Source of the DNA: Minisyncoccota bacterium
Lineage (GTDB): Bacteria > Patescibacteriota > Minisyncoccia > UBA6257 > GWB1-50-10
DNA: 64,000 nucleotides
Assembly (NCBI GenBank): GCA_041917695.1
Contig: JAYRXE010000037.1
Location: 536,173 to 600,172 of the forward strand
Direction of reading: 5' to 3'
The translations under genes and the position numbers were made by a program. Shown piece by piece: positions 49,307-58,132 of the stretch; position 1 is the stretch's first letter; each line of letters begins with the position of its first letter. The notes under the pieces were generated by a model that had not been told where the DNA came from, searched no databases, and saw only the letters and a program-made list of their open reading frames with translations.

Positions 49307-50398
49307 ATGAATAAAAACATATTGTTGTGGGTAGGTATCGTGCTCGCCGTCGCCCTTACGGGAGCCGCCATCTACTACGCAAAAAACGATGCAGGCACGG
49401 GGGCGACAAACGCGACGTCGACGGAAAGCAACGCGACGTCTACCGCAACCTCCACGCAAAACGAGGGACGCGAGCCCGCAGCGCCCGCCGCTCTCACGAG
49501 TTCGAACGTGACGGTTTCGAATTCATCCGCCGTCGTAACGGGAACGGTCACCCCGAACGGCGCGCAGACCACGTATTGGTATGAATTCGGGAAGACCGCA
49601 AACTTGGGGCTGAAAACCGCCGCAAAGACCGTCGGTTCCGGCTTTGCCGCCATCCCCGCTCCTGAATACATCACGGGGCTTTCGGCGAACACCCAGTATT
49701 ACTTCCGCCTCGTCGCGAAAAATTCCCTGGGCACGTCGAATGGCGCGATCCGCTCGTTCACCACGAACATGATTCCGCCCCAGCAGGGCTCCGCGCCGAG
49801 CGTGTCGAGCGCGGGCGCCGCGTCCATCACGAAATCATCGGCGACGATCCGAGGTAACGTGAATCCGAACGGATGGGACACCTCGTACTGGTTTGAATTC
49901 GGCGAGACGGCGAACCTCGGGAACGTCACCGCGTTCCAGTCCGCCGGCGGAGGGAAGGTCGCCGTAAATGTTTCGGCGGTGCTTTCCGGCCTCAAACCCT
50001 CGACGCGCTATTACTATCGCGTGAACGCCCAAAACCAATTCGGCACGGTGAACGGCGCGGTCTTGAGCTTCGATACGGCGGGACCGGTCGTACCGACCGT
50101 CACCACGAATCCCCCGACCTCCATCACGGGAGTGGCCGCGAGCTTGAACGGCCGCATCGACCCGAAAGGGCTCGAAGCGACGTATTGGTTCGAATACTGG
50201 ACCGACGCGTCGACGCCGGGAACCTCGGTGCTCACCACGCCGAAGCAGACCCTTTCGGCCGACTCGGCTCGCAACGTGAGCGTCACCGTAACCAATCTCT
50301 CGCTCAACACGAAGTACCACGTCCGCCTGGTGGTGACGAACGAATCGGGACCGGTCTACGGAAACACCATAGACTTCCAGACTCGCGCTTCGCGATAA
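49307..50398 (+). CDS. secreted protein with three ~100-aa internal repeats (Ig/FN3-like)
   Basis: Signal peptide; repeats starting TYWYEFGKTANLG / SYWFEFGETANLG / TYWFEYWTDASTPG. Confidence 0.55.
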   Translation: MNKNILLWVGIVLAVALTGAAIYYAKNDAGTGATNATSTESNATSTATSTQNEGREPAAPAALTSSNVTVSNSSAVVTGTVTPNGAQTTYWYEFGKTANLGLKTAAKTVGSGFAAIPAPEYITGLSANTQYYFRLVAKNSLGTSNGAIRSFTTNMIPPQQGSAPSVSSAGAASITKSSATIRGNVNPNGWDTSYWFEFGETANLGNVTAFQSAGGGKVAVNVSAVLSGLKPSTRYYYRVNAQNQFGTVNGAVLSFDTAGPVVPTVTTNPPTSITGVAASLNGRIDPKGLEATYWFEYWTDASTPGTSVLTTPKQTLSADSARNVSVTVTNLSLNTKYHVRLVVTNESGPVYGNTIDFQTRASR

Positions 50399-50422
50399 CA
50401 CACTCATCTCCTGAGATAACAA

Positions 50423-50449
50423 AAAGACCTTCGTAAGAAGGTCTTTTTG
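50423..50449 (+). terminator. intrinsic terminator
   Basis: aaaagacct-tcgtaa-gaaggtctttttg. Confidence 0.6.
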
Positions 50450-50454
50450 TTCTT

Positions 50455-50617
50455 GGTAGCTCCACGGGGAATCTCACGCGCTTCGCTTTCTGAAACCCGA
50501 CGGTTTCAGTACTTCCGTCTTGGGGAAACATCCGTTTCCCCATCGCCCCTTTAGGTTCAATTCCCGAAAGACCCAAAAACCAAATGGCCGCATTATGCGG
50601 CCATGTGGGGTTTCTTG
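50455..50617 (-). repeat. tRNA-Glu-associated hairpin element ending in an 18-nt (up to 23-nt with one indel) copy of the tRNA-Glu 3' end
   Basis: Direct repeat gtagctccacggggaatc at 50457-50474 and 50617-50634; perfect hairpins 50490-50509 (CUGAAACC/GGUUUCAG) and 50522-50541 (GGGGAAAC/GUUUCCCC); terminator hairpin 50584-50604; no 5' acceptor partner, so not a complete tRNA. Confidence 0.5.
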
Positions 50618-50689
50618 TAGCTCCACGGGGAATCGAACCCCGATTTCCGCCGTGAAAGGGCGGCGTCCTAGCCGTTAGACGATGAAGCC
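50618..50689 (-). tRNA. tRNA-Glu (TTC)
   Basis: D-arm UCGUCUAACGGCUAGGAC, anticodon loop CUUUCAC, T-arm CGGGG-UUCGAUU-CCCCG; acceptor has two G-U pairs. Confidence 0.75.
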
Positions 50690-50740
50690 ATCGCGCGACA
50701 GTACTTACTCTACGAATTTACCCCAGGAAATCAATCCCGT

Positions 50741-51112
50741 TTAGTTCTTCTGCGTTATCTGCCAATCGACGATACGCACGATGCCGGAAGGGTCGACATA
50801 AAAATCGACGTTCGCCTTAAAGGCGTTATGCCCGTCCTCGTACTCAACGATCGCCCGCGAGTTCGAAAGGAACTCGATTTTCGTTATATAAAATTTCCCT
50901 CCCAAAACCTCCTTCTCGGGCGAAAGCTCGGAGACCCGCGCCCTGATTTCAGCCTCTACATCGGCCTTCAGCCGGGGCGTAAGTACCCCCTGAAAAGCCG
51001 GATTCGCCTCAGTACCCACCCTCCCGGGGCCGAAAACGTACCAATAAGCCGTCCCAATGCCTCCGGCGAAGATAAGCCCCAAAAAGCCCATAAATGCTAC
51101 CCTTTTCCACAT
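50741..51112 (-). CDS. small membrane-anchored hypothetical protein
   Basis: N-terminal TM helix; 123 aa. Confidence 0.45.
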   Translation of the reverse strand: MWKRVAFMGFLGLIFAGGIGTAYWYVFGPGRVGTEANPAFQGVLTPRLKADVEAEIRARVSELSPEKEVLGGKFYITKIEFLSNSRAIVEYEDGHNAFKANVDFYVDPSGIVRIVDWQITQKN

Positions 51113-51272
51113 ACCCCCATTATACCAGGGCGGTTTTTGCCCCCAGCCCGGGGGCTATTGACATTTTCTTGAATATATGCTAATATTTAAATAGAAAATG
51201 AATTGGTAAATAAATCAACTCATTTAAATTAAGAAATAATTTAACCATAAATTCATAAAGGAGAAGAAACAA

Positions 51273-51656
51273 ATGAAACTCACAGCAAGATTCGCTTTAA
51301 CCGCATTAGTATTAATCGCTTTATCATCCCCTAACCTGTTTTCACAGACTGTTGCTTCAAGTAACAAAGTTCCCAGCCTTGAACTCAAGGTTGAAAACGG
51401 AATTACCTACGTGCGCACAGGATACGAAAACGGCAGAATCGTTGTTCATAACGATAACGAAATGAACGATTTTGACAGGGAAATAAAGAATACAGTCCCG
51501 ATGCAGTGGGTCCAGCTTAACGGCAATGGCTATGCTTTCAAAGATGGCTATAAATTAAGCCTGGAAAACTCAGAAGGGAGATGGGTAGTGCAGAGAAACG
51601 GAAATGTACTCTGTACAAAAGTGCAAAGCGATCTCACAGCAGAAAAGAACAAGTAA
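51273..51656 (+). CDS. small secreted hypothetical protein (AT-rich islet)
   Basis: Signal peptide MKLTARFALTALVLIALSSPNLFSQ; own UUCG-loop terminator. Confidence 0.45.
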   Translation: MKLTARFALTALVLIALSSPNLFSQTVASSNKVPSLELKVENGITYVRTGYENGRIVVHNDNEMNDFDREIKNTVPMQWVQLNGNGYAFKDGYKLSLENSEGRWVVQRNGNVLCTKVQSDLTAEKNK

Positions 51657-51687
51657 CAAAGATTCCTCCTATAGATTCAAATAAACA

Positions 51688-51710
51688 AGCGGCCTTCGGG
51701 TCGCTTTTTT
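51688..51710 (+). terminator. intrinsic terminator (UUCG tetraloop)
   Basis: agcggcc-ttcg-ggtcgct followed by tttttt. Confidence 0.6.
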
Positions 51711-51720
51711 ATTAATTAAA

Positions 51721-51744
51721 AAACCCCGCGCACGCGGGGTTTTT
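51721..51744 (-). terminator. intrinsic terminator downstream of GH18 gene
   Basis: aaaaccccgcg-cac-gcggggttttt. Confidence 0.6.
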
Positions 51745-51757
51745 CTTTCATCCCTCC

Positions 51758-52858
51758 TTATTTCAACACGCTCCACATCGCCGGATCGTTCTCGCCGTTC
51801 ACCGAGAAGACGGATACTCCGCGAAGCTTGTATTTTTTCGCCAAGGCAACTTTTTCGGCGATGGCCGAAGCGTCCGGTATCCACGCGAGGCGGATGGACG
51901 AACCCGAAAGATATATCGCGCTTGCCTCCCCTGCCAGGTTCCGGATGACCGGCGCGCCGGTCGCGTTCCGAATATCCGTAAAGTCCTTGTAGGTGATGCT
52001 CCGGAGGCGGTTATAGCCCAGGGTCGGCGCCCCGCCGTTTACGCCCGGGACAAGCGCCACTTCATACTCGTAGCCGAAGGTCGCCACGCCGAGCATCACT
52101 TTCTTCGGCGAGATGGTCTTCGTCGTTTCCTTGATCACCTTTTCGACCCAGTCCTTGTCGGCGACGGGAAGATACGGCCGCCCCGTTCCTTTCGATTCGT
52201 TGAGCTTGATATCCACGTTCCGCTGGTCGTACGTCATCACCTTCACCTCGTCGCAATACTGGTTCAGCACGGTGTAGTCGTTCACGTATTGTATCTCGGA
52301 CGGAGGCGGAATCACTTTGAAGCGCGACTCAAGCGGGGTGCGCGGCTCGATGGTGCAGGAGAGCGTCTTCTTGCGGGCGTGGAGCGCGGTGCCGAGCTCC
52401 TTTATGAACGCGGAGAAATACGGCGCGGTCTCGGCGGTTTTGGACTCGTAATCGATATCGACGCCGTCGTACTTGTACTGGTCGACATGCGCGAGAATCT
52501 GGCTTACGTGGTCGGCGCGCGTCGTGGAGCTCGAGAGCGTGGCGAATATCGCATCGCCGTCGTGCCAGGCTATCGTGGGCACCATCTTCACCTTTTCAGC
52601 CTTCGCATCGAGCCAAAAGTCCTGCCACATGATGTCGTCGATTCCGACGAGGTCGACGATAGCGCCGTTTTGCACCTCGTAGGAGAAAGGATTCAGCTCC
52701 CAAATCGGCTTCAGGTGCGGAGCGGCTTCCTTCACGCCCGCATCATCCTTCCAGTACGGAATCCACACGCTGATCGGAAGCGACGCGGCCGATGCGCCAA
52801 AAGGCATCGCGATAACGGCTACCATGAGCCCTAAAAATATTTTTTTGAACATATACAT
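51758..52858 (-). CDS. glycoside hydrolase family 18 (chitinase-like), secreted
   Basis: DGVDIDYE catalytic motif; signal peptide. Confidence 0.75.
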   Translation of the reverse strand: MYMFKKIFLGLMVAVIAMPFGASAASLPISVWIPYWKDDAGVKEAAPHLKPIWELNPFSYEVQNGAIVDLVGIDDIMWQDFWLDAKAEKVKMVPTIAWHDGDAIFATLSSSTTRADHVSQILAHVDQYKYDGVDIDYESKTAETAPYFSAFIKELGTALHARKKTLSCTIEPRTPLESRFKVIPPPSEIQYVNDYTVLNQYCDEVKVMTYDQRNVDIKLNESKGTGRPYLPVADKDWVEKVIKETTKTISPKKVMLGVATFGYEYEVALVPGVNGGAPTLGYNRLRSITYKDFTDIRNATGAPVIRNLAGEASAIYLSGSSIRLAWIPDASAIAEKVALAKKYKLRGVSVFSVNGENDPAMWSVLK

Positions 52859-52960
52859 TAATTAATACGATACGCGCGACTTTTCGTTACTCTACCGTCA
52901 TTTTATCACACCTTTTCCGCTCCGCATTGACCGCTGAAAAAGCAGGAAATAAAATGATTC

Positions 52961-53527
52961 TTGTCGTACCTATCAACAATCATCCATTTTATGAGGAATA
53001 TCTTTAGAAAACGGACGGGAGCGACGGCGCTCCAAACGGTTCTCTCGGTTTTAGCGGTCGTCGCGGTCGGCGTCGGTGCGTGGTTTGCCTTCTCCAAGAA
53101 CAAAACCGCCCCTCAGCCCGAGGGAATCACCCCTTCGACCAACGAGCCTGCAGCGAATGGCTCGGAGAATGCCGCCACTTCGTCTGCGTCAGAAAATACG
53201 AACGGCGGGACCGCCAATGCCTCCGGCTATAAGGACGGCACCTACACGGCGACCGGAAATTACCTTTCTCCCGGCGGCGCGGAATCCATCGGCGTTACGC
53301 TTACCTTGAAAGACGGCGTAGTCACCTCAGCTGCCGTGCAAACGATGGGACGCGAACGCGAATCGCGCGAGATGCAAAAAGCATTCGCGGGAGGATTCAA
53401 AACGTATGTTATCGGGAAATCCATCGCGACGCTTTCGGTGGACAAAGTTTCAGGCTCATCGCTCACCCCGAAGGGATTCAACGATGCGGTGGTGAAAATC
53501 CGCGCACAGGCCCAGGTCCAAGGCTAA
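52961..53527 (+). CDS. membrane-anchored FMN-binding domain protein
   Basis: N-terminal TM, low-complexity linker, then an FMN_bind-like domain (YKDGTYTATGNY...GAESIGVTLTLKDGVVTSAAV). Confidence 0.6.
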   Translation: MSYLSTIIHFMRNIFRKRTGATALQTVLSVLAVVAVGVGAWFAFSKNKTAPQPEGITPSTNEPAANGSENAATSSASENTNGGTANASGYKDGTYTATGNYLSPGGAESIGVTLTLKDGVVTSAAVQTMGRERESREMQKAFAGGFKTYVIGKSIATLSVDKVSGSSLTPKGFNDAVVKIRAQAQVQG

Positions 53528-53530
53528 GCC

Positions 53531-54415
53531 ATGCGCGCGCCGGACTTCACGTTCGAAGCTATCGGCACCGCGTGGTCCATCCACGTAACGAGCGAGCTCT
53601 CTAGCGAGGCTCGCTCGCTTCTTTTTGAAGACATCCTTCACCGCATCGGCGAATTCGACAGGAACTATTCCCGTTTCCGCGCCGATTCGCTCGTGACGAA
53701 AATGTCCCGCGAGGCCGGAACGTACGAACTTCCCGACGATGCCGGGCCGATGCTCGAGCTCTACCGCAATTTGTATGAGCTCACGGGCGGACTCATGACC
53801 CCCCTCGTCGGGCGCCTGATGGAGGAGGCGGGCTACGACGCTTCCTATTCGCTCGTTACGCGCGAGCTCCACGAACCTCCGGCGTGGGAAACGGCGCTTT
53901 CGTACGAGCCTCCCACCCTCTCCGTCCTCGAGCCGGTCTTGCTTGATTTCGGCGCGGCGGGGAAAGGCTATCTCGTCGATCTCGTAGGCGGGGTGATGCG
54001 GAAGCATGGCGTCCGTTCGTACACCATCGATGCGGGGAGCGACATCCTCCACGCGAGCGAAACGGGAGAATCGCTTCGCATCGGCCTTGAAAACCCCGAG
54101 AACACCCGCGAAGTCGTCGGCGTTACCCCGCTTGGCGAGGGCGCGCTCTGCGCCTCCGCGGGAAACCGGCGCACGTGGGGCGACTTCCACCACATCATCC
54201 ATCCCCGCCTTCTCGCTTCCCCGAAGCATATTGCGGGAACGTGGGTAAAAGCGGAGACGGCACTTCTCGCCGACGGTCTTGCCACCGCGCTCTTTTTCGT
54301 CGAGCCCGCCGTGCTCGGGAAGCGCTACGAATTCGATTACGCCATCCTCTCCAGCGACAAATTGCTTTCCGTTTCGGAAGGATTCTCGGGAGATTTTTTT
54401 GCGGATTCCCGGTAA
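53531..54415 (+). CDS. FAD:protein FMN transferase (ApbE family)
   Basis: ApbE-like core with GAAGKGYLVD and the C-terminal D/T region. Confidence 0.7.
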   Translation: MRAPDFTFEAIGTAWSIHVTSELSSEARSLLFEDILHRIGEFDRNYSRFRADSLVTKMSREAGTYELPDDAGPMLELYRNLYELTGGLMTPLVGRLMEEAGYDASYSLVTRELHEPPAWETALSYEPPTLSVLEPVLLDFGAAGKGYLVDLVGGVMRKHGVRSYTIDAGSDILHASETGESLRIGLENPENTREVVGVTPLGEGALCASAGNRRTWGDFHHIIHPRLLASPKHIAGTWVKAETALLADGLATALFFVEPAVLGKRYEFDYAILSSDKLLSVSEGFSGDFFADSR

Positions 54416-54429
54416 GGTAAACTTATTTC

Positions 54430-55941
54430 ATGCGATATATCGATTCCCTCCTTAATTCGGTTACGATGTACCGACTTGTCTTGTACGGTCTTACGGCGCT
54501 TGCCGCGTGCGCGTTCCTGTTAAGTCTTTTCGGCGCCGTACACTATCCCCCGCTCAATCTTTTCTTTTCGCTTCTTATTCTCGTCGCCGTCGCCTGGGGG
54601 TTGAACGAGCTTCTTGCGCGCCTCTTCAAAGCGCCGGTAAACGTCGAATCGGCGTACATCACCGCCTTCATCCTTTTCTTCCTTCTCACGCCCCCGGGAA
54701 ACTTTTTCGAGGCGTTCCTTACCGCCGGCGCGGGAGCGCTCGCCATCGCTTCGAAATATTTCTTCGTCTACAAGAAAAAACATTTTTTGAATCCCGCGGC
54801 GGCGGGCGCGTTCCTGCTCGGCCTTTTCGGCTTCGGCCTTTCGGTATGGTGGGTCGCGACGCCGATCCTTTCCGTTCTCACCGCCATCGTCGGGTTTTTG
54901 GTCGCGCGGAAAATCCGCCGTCTGCCCCTCTACTTCACGTTCATTCTCTTCGCGCTTCTCTCCGTCGCGCTCTTTGCGTATTCAAACGGCGCAAACCCGT
55001 GGCAAACCGCGCTTGAGTCGCTCCTTTCCTGGCCCGTCTTCTTCCTCGCGGGATTCATGCTTACGGAGCCGCTCACGACCCCGCCCACCCGTTCGCTCCA
55101 GATCATCTACGGCCTCCTCGTCGGCCTGCTCTTTGCGCTCCCCTTCGAAGCGGGTCCCGTCTTTTCCTCGCCCGAACTCGCCCTGCTTCTCGGAAACGTA
55201 TTCTCGTTTTTCGTAAGTATGAAGGGACGCCTTGTGCTTACCCTCGCGGGTAAACGCACGGAAGGAATCGATATATACGACTTCGCTTTTTCCGCCGACC
55301 GGAAGCTCGCATTCCAGCCGGGCCAGTACCTGGAGTGGACGCTTCCGCGCGCTTCCCCCGATTCCCGCGGAAACCGGCGGTATTTCACGATTGCCTCTTC
55401 CCCGACCGAAAAAGATTTGCACCTTGGCGCCCGCGTTATGGAAAAGTCATCGAGCTTCAAGCGGGCGCTCCTCGCGCTCCGCGAAGGCGAAAAAATATTC
55501 GCGGGAGAACTGCGCGGAGACTTTACCCTGCCGGAAGACAAAAATCGGAAGCTCGCCTGGATCGGCGGGGGCGTGGGAATCACGCCGTTCCGGAGCATGG
55601 CGAAATATCTTACGGATACTTCCGAGAAAAGGGATATCGTCCTTTTCTACGCCTGCGTGAAACGTGAAAGCTTCGCCTACGGCGACATCTTCGATGATGC
55701 ACAGCGCGTAGGGATTAAAACCCGATACGTCATCACGGACCCGCATAATCTTCCGGAAAATTGGGACGGCCTCGCGGGACCGCTGAGCCCGGGAATGCTC
55801 ACGGATGCGCTCCCGGACTGGAAAGAGCGCCTGTTTTACCTCTCCGGACCCCAGGGAATGGTGGACGCGTACCGCGATATGCTCCGGGGAATGGGCGTGC
55901 ATCGGAAAAACATCTGTACGGATTATTTCCCCGGATTTTAA
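54430..55941 (+). CDS. polytopic membrane domain fused to an FAD/NAD(P)-binding ferredoxin-reductase-type domain
   Basis: ~270-aa multi-TM N-terminus; C-terminal RRYFTIASSP (FAD) and GGGVGITPF (NAD) motifs. Confidence 0.6.
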   Translation: MRYIDSLLNSVTMYRLVLYGLTALAACAFLLSLFGAVHYPPLNLFFSLLILVAVAWGLNELLARLFKAPVNVESAYITAFILFFLLTPPGNFFEAFLTAGAGALAIASKYFFVYKKKHFLNPAAAGAFLLGLFGFGLSVWWVATPILSVLTAIVGFLVARKIRRLPLYFTFILFALLSVALFAYSNGANPWQTALESLLSWPVFFLAGFMLTEPLTTPPTRSLQIIYGLLVGLLFALPFEAGPVFSSPELALLLGNVFSFFVSMKGRLVLTLAGKRTEGIDIYDFAFSADRKLAFQPGQYLEWTLPRASPDSRGNRRYFTIASSPTEKDLHLGARVMEKSSSFKRALLALREGEKIFAGELRGDFTLPEDKNRKLAWIGGGVGITPFRSMAKYLTDTSEKRDIVLFYACVKRESFAYGDIFDDAQRVGIKTRYVITDPHNLPENWDGLAGPLSPGMLTDALPDWKERLFYLSGPQGMVDAYRDMLRGMGVHRKNICTDYFPGF

Positions 55942-56116
55942 AAAATCCCCGCCTCAGGCGGGGATTTTTCATGTACCAAAAGGAAGTCGCACATCGGCAT
56001 GGTTATTCGTATATATAGATGTTGACTCTTACGCGGCGTAATACCTTACTCTTCCGCATGGTGACGCCTCGAAGCGGTCAGGCGTACGTCGACACCAAAA
56101 AACGCTCACTCTTCAT

Positions 56117-56872
56117 ATGACCTATTCAGTGAAAAAACTCGCACGGCTCGCAAACGTAAGCGTCCGCACGCTCCATTACTACGACACCATCGGGCTTTTG
56201 ACCCCCAAACGCGTGGCGGGCAATAATTACCGCGAATACGGCGAAGCGGAACTTTTAAAGCTCCAGCAAATCCTTTTCTTCCGCGAGCTCGATTTTCCGC
56301 TCGAGGAAATCAAGCGCATCCTGAACGAACCCGGATTCGACATGCTCGCCGCCCTCCGCGACCAGAAACGGCTCATCGAGATGCGGAAAAACCGCCTCCT
56401 GAATCTCATGAAGACCATCGAGCGGACCATGAAGAAAATACAAAACGAAACGACTATGGAAGACAAAGAACTCTACGGCAATTTCTCCAAAGAGGAGATG
56501 GACGAGTACGCGCGCGAAGCGAAGGCCCGCTGGGGCACCACGGACGCGTACAAAGAGTCCCAGGAACGGACTAAGAACTGGACGAAGGAAGACTACGCGC
56601 GCGTAGCGAAGGCCGGCGACGAATTGATGAAAAAAATCGCGTCGCATATGGCGCTCGGCGCCGCTTCTCCCGAAGTGCAGGCGCTCATTGCCGAGCATTA
56701 CAATAGCCTCCGCGCCTTCTACGAGCCGAACTTGGAAATGTACGTCGGCCTCGCGAATATGTACGTGGACGATCCCCGCTTCCGCGCGACGTTCGAGCGG
56801 TACGACAAAGACCTGCCCGAATTCATGCGCGACGCGATGCTTGCGTACGTGGAGAAACAAAAAACCGGCTAA
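56117..56872 (+). CDS. MerR family transcriptional regulator (TipAL-like, C-terminal TipAS-type effector domain)
   Basis: N-terminal HTH YSVKKLARLANVSVRTLHYYDTIGLL; long C-terminal helical domain. Confidence 0.8.
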   Translation: MTYSVKKLARLANVSVRTLHYYDTIGLLTPKRVAGNNYREYGEAELLKLQQILFFRELDFPLEEIKRILNEPGFDMLAALRDQKRLIEMRKNRLLNLMKTIERTMKKIQNETTMEDKELYGNFSKEEMDEYAREAKARWGTTDAYKESQERTKNWTKEDYARVAKAGDELMKKIASHMALGAASPEVQALIAEHYNSLRAFYEPNLEMYVGLANMYVDDPRFRATFERYDKDLPEFMRDAMLAYVEKQKTG

Positions 56873-56886
56873 GAAGCCGGTTTTTA
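56863..56886. terminator. intrinsic terminator
   Basis: aaaccggc-taagaa-gccggttttt. Confidence 0.55.
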
Positions 56887-56946
56887 AAATCAAACGGCGC
56901 TCTAGGCTTCAAAAGCCTGCTAGCCGTGAGGTGCTCGGAAATAGCT

Positions 56947-57699
56947 TCAGTACTTCAGGAGTACATTCTCGATAAGGTCGAGAGCGAATTCGGTTGTCTT
57001 GTGAGACGAGAACACAATCCCTGAAGGGTGACCCGCACTATTGCGAACACCGAGCTTCTCGTCGAGAATCTTTCGCACGTCCTTCGATATGACATTTGCA
57101 CTACGCATGAGCTCTATAACACGCGACTCCTTCAATTCTGCGAAGTCATCGTAGGCAACAACGGGCTTCATCTTCTTGTCGGAATGTGCCGCAATTGCAG
57201 CATTAAATTCCGTGAGGTATTTGCCGAAAGTGTATTTCTGCAGGTGATCCATCGTCAGAACCCAAACCATGATGATCGTCGCACGATACGATTCCACTCG
57301 ATAGCAGCGTATCGCTTCTTCCAAGAAGTTGCGCTCCTGAGAGTCCGTGAGTTTTGGGACAAGATCCAGAAGTTGTTTTCCGACTTGTACCCGCTTTGGC
57401 TCTGAATCGACGGCAATACGGATTTCATCGAACACCGAACGTTCAAGCCGATAGCCTTTCGCGTGCTTGATGTAGCGGCCGCCTTTCTTGTTTACCTCTT
57501 CGGAGAGATAGACAGAGAGACGTGAGTAGGGACGGAGATCGAGTAGTTCCATGCACTCCTCGATATCGGCCACAGCCGCACTTTCGGCAGTTGGCTGAGT
57601 AAGCAGGTAGTAGGCAAGATAATCAACCTGTTTCGTTGCCGACCAACTAGCAAAGTCAGGGAAGCGTGTGACGAATAGATTTAATTCTTCGCGAGTCAT
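56947..57699 (-). CDS. hypothetical protein with C-terminal Rx4H (HEPN-like) motif; candidate toxin/abortive-infection effector
   Basis: C-terminal ...LGVRNSAGHPSGIVFSS... (R-x4-H); lower GC than flanks; third gene of an overlapping three-gene cassette. Confidence 0.45.
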   Translation of the reverse strand: MTREELNLFVTRFPDFASWSATKQVDYLAYYLLTQPTAESAAVADIEECMELLDLRPYSRLSVYLSEEVNKKGGRYIKHAKGYRLERSVFDEIRIAVDSEPKRVQVGKQLLDLVPKLTDSQERNFLEEAIRCYRVESYRATIIMVWVLTMDHLQKYTFGKYLTEFNAAIAAHSDKKMKPVVAYDDFAELKESRVIELMRSANVISKDVRKILDEKLGVRNSAGHPSGIVFSSHKTTEFALDLIENVLLKY

Positions 57700-58130
57700 G
57701 TGGTTTTCTTGCTAAACCCCTTCTGCACAATTTCTTCACCACTGCGCGTCAGCACCCATGCTTTGAGGCTGCTCTTCTTCTCTTTTTCCTCCATAAGGTG
57801 ACCTTTTGCCACGCACATGTTCGCTTTATCGTTGATATTGGCCGGAACGGGTTCTTTGGCAGCGCGAAATCCTTTTTCGAGGTCGGCTCCGTTGAAAGGA
57901 GTAACACCATCATGATGTTCGAGGTAATATCCGATCGCGAGAGTCATCTGCACCGCGTTTCCGGGAGCACGGTCGATGATGAATTCCTTTATTGACATCT
58001 TCTTTTCGGTTGGTCGTGTGATGACCGGCTCGGTTGATCGCGGGCTATCCTCCAGGCGAGCAACACGCTCACCCAAGCCCTCAACCGAGGAGAGAATTTC
58101 TTCGAGGATTTTCTTCATCTCTGGGTCCAT
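57696..58130 (-). CDS. hypothetical protein (cassette gene 2)
   Basis: 4-bp overlap with the downstream gene; no recognised domain. Confidence 0.4.
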   Translation of the reverse strand: MDPEMKKILEEILSSVEGLGERVARLEDSPRSTEPVITRPTEKKMSIKEFIIDRAPGNAVQMTLAIGYYLEHHDGVTPFNGADLEKGFRAAKEPVPANINDKANMCVAKGHLMEEKEKKSSLKAWVLTRSGEEIVQKGFSKKTT

Positions 58131-58132
58131 AA

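Noticed and set aside
50455-50580. tmRNA, or a second complete tRNA downstream of tRNA-Glu
   Set aside because: The 3' end resembles a tRNA/tmRNA acceptor with CCA, but no complementary 5' acceptor strand or T-stem 5' half exists. It is better explained as a 3'-end duplicate (see findings).
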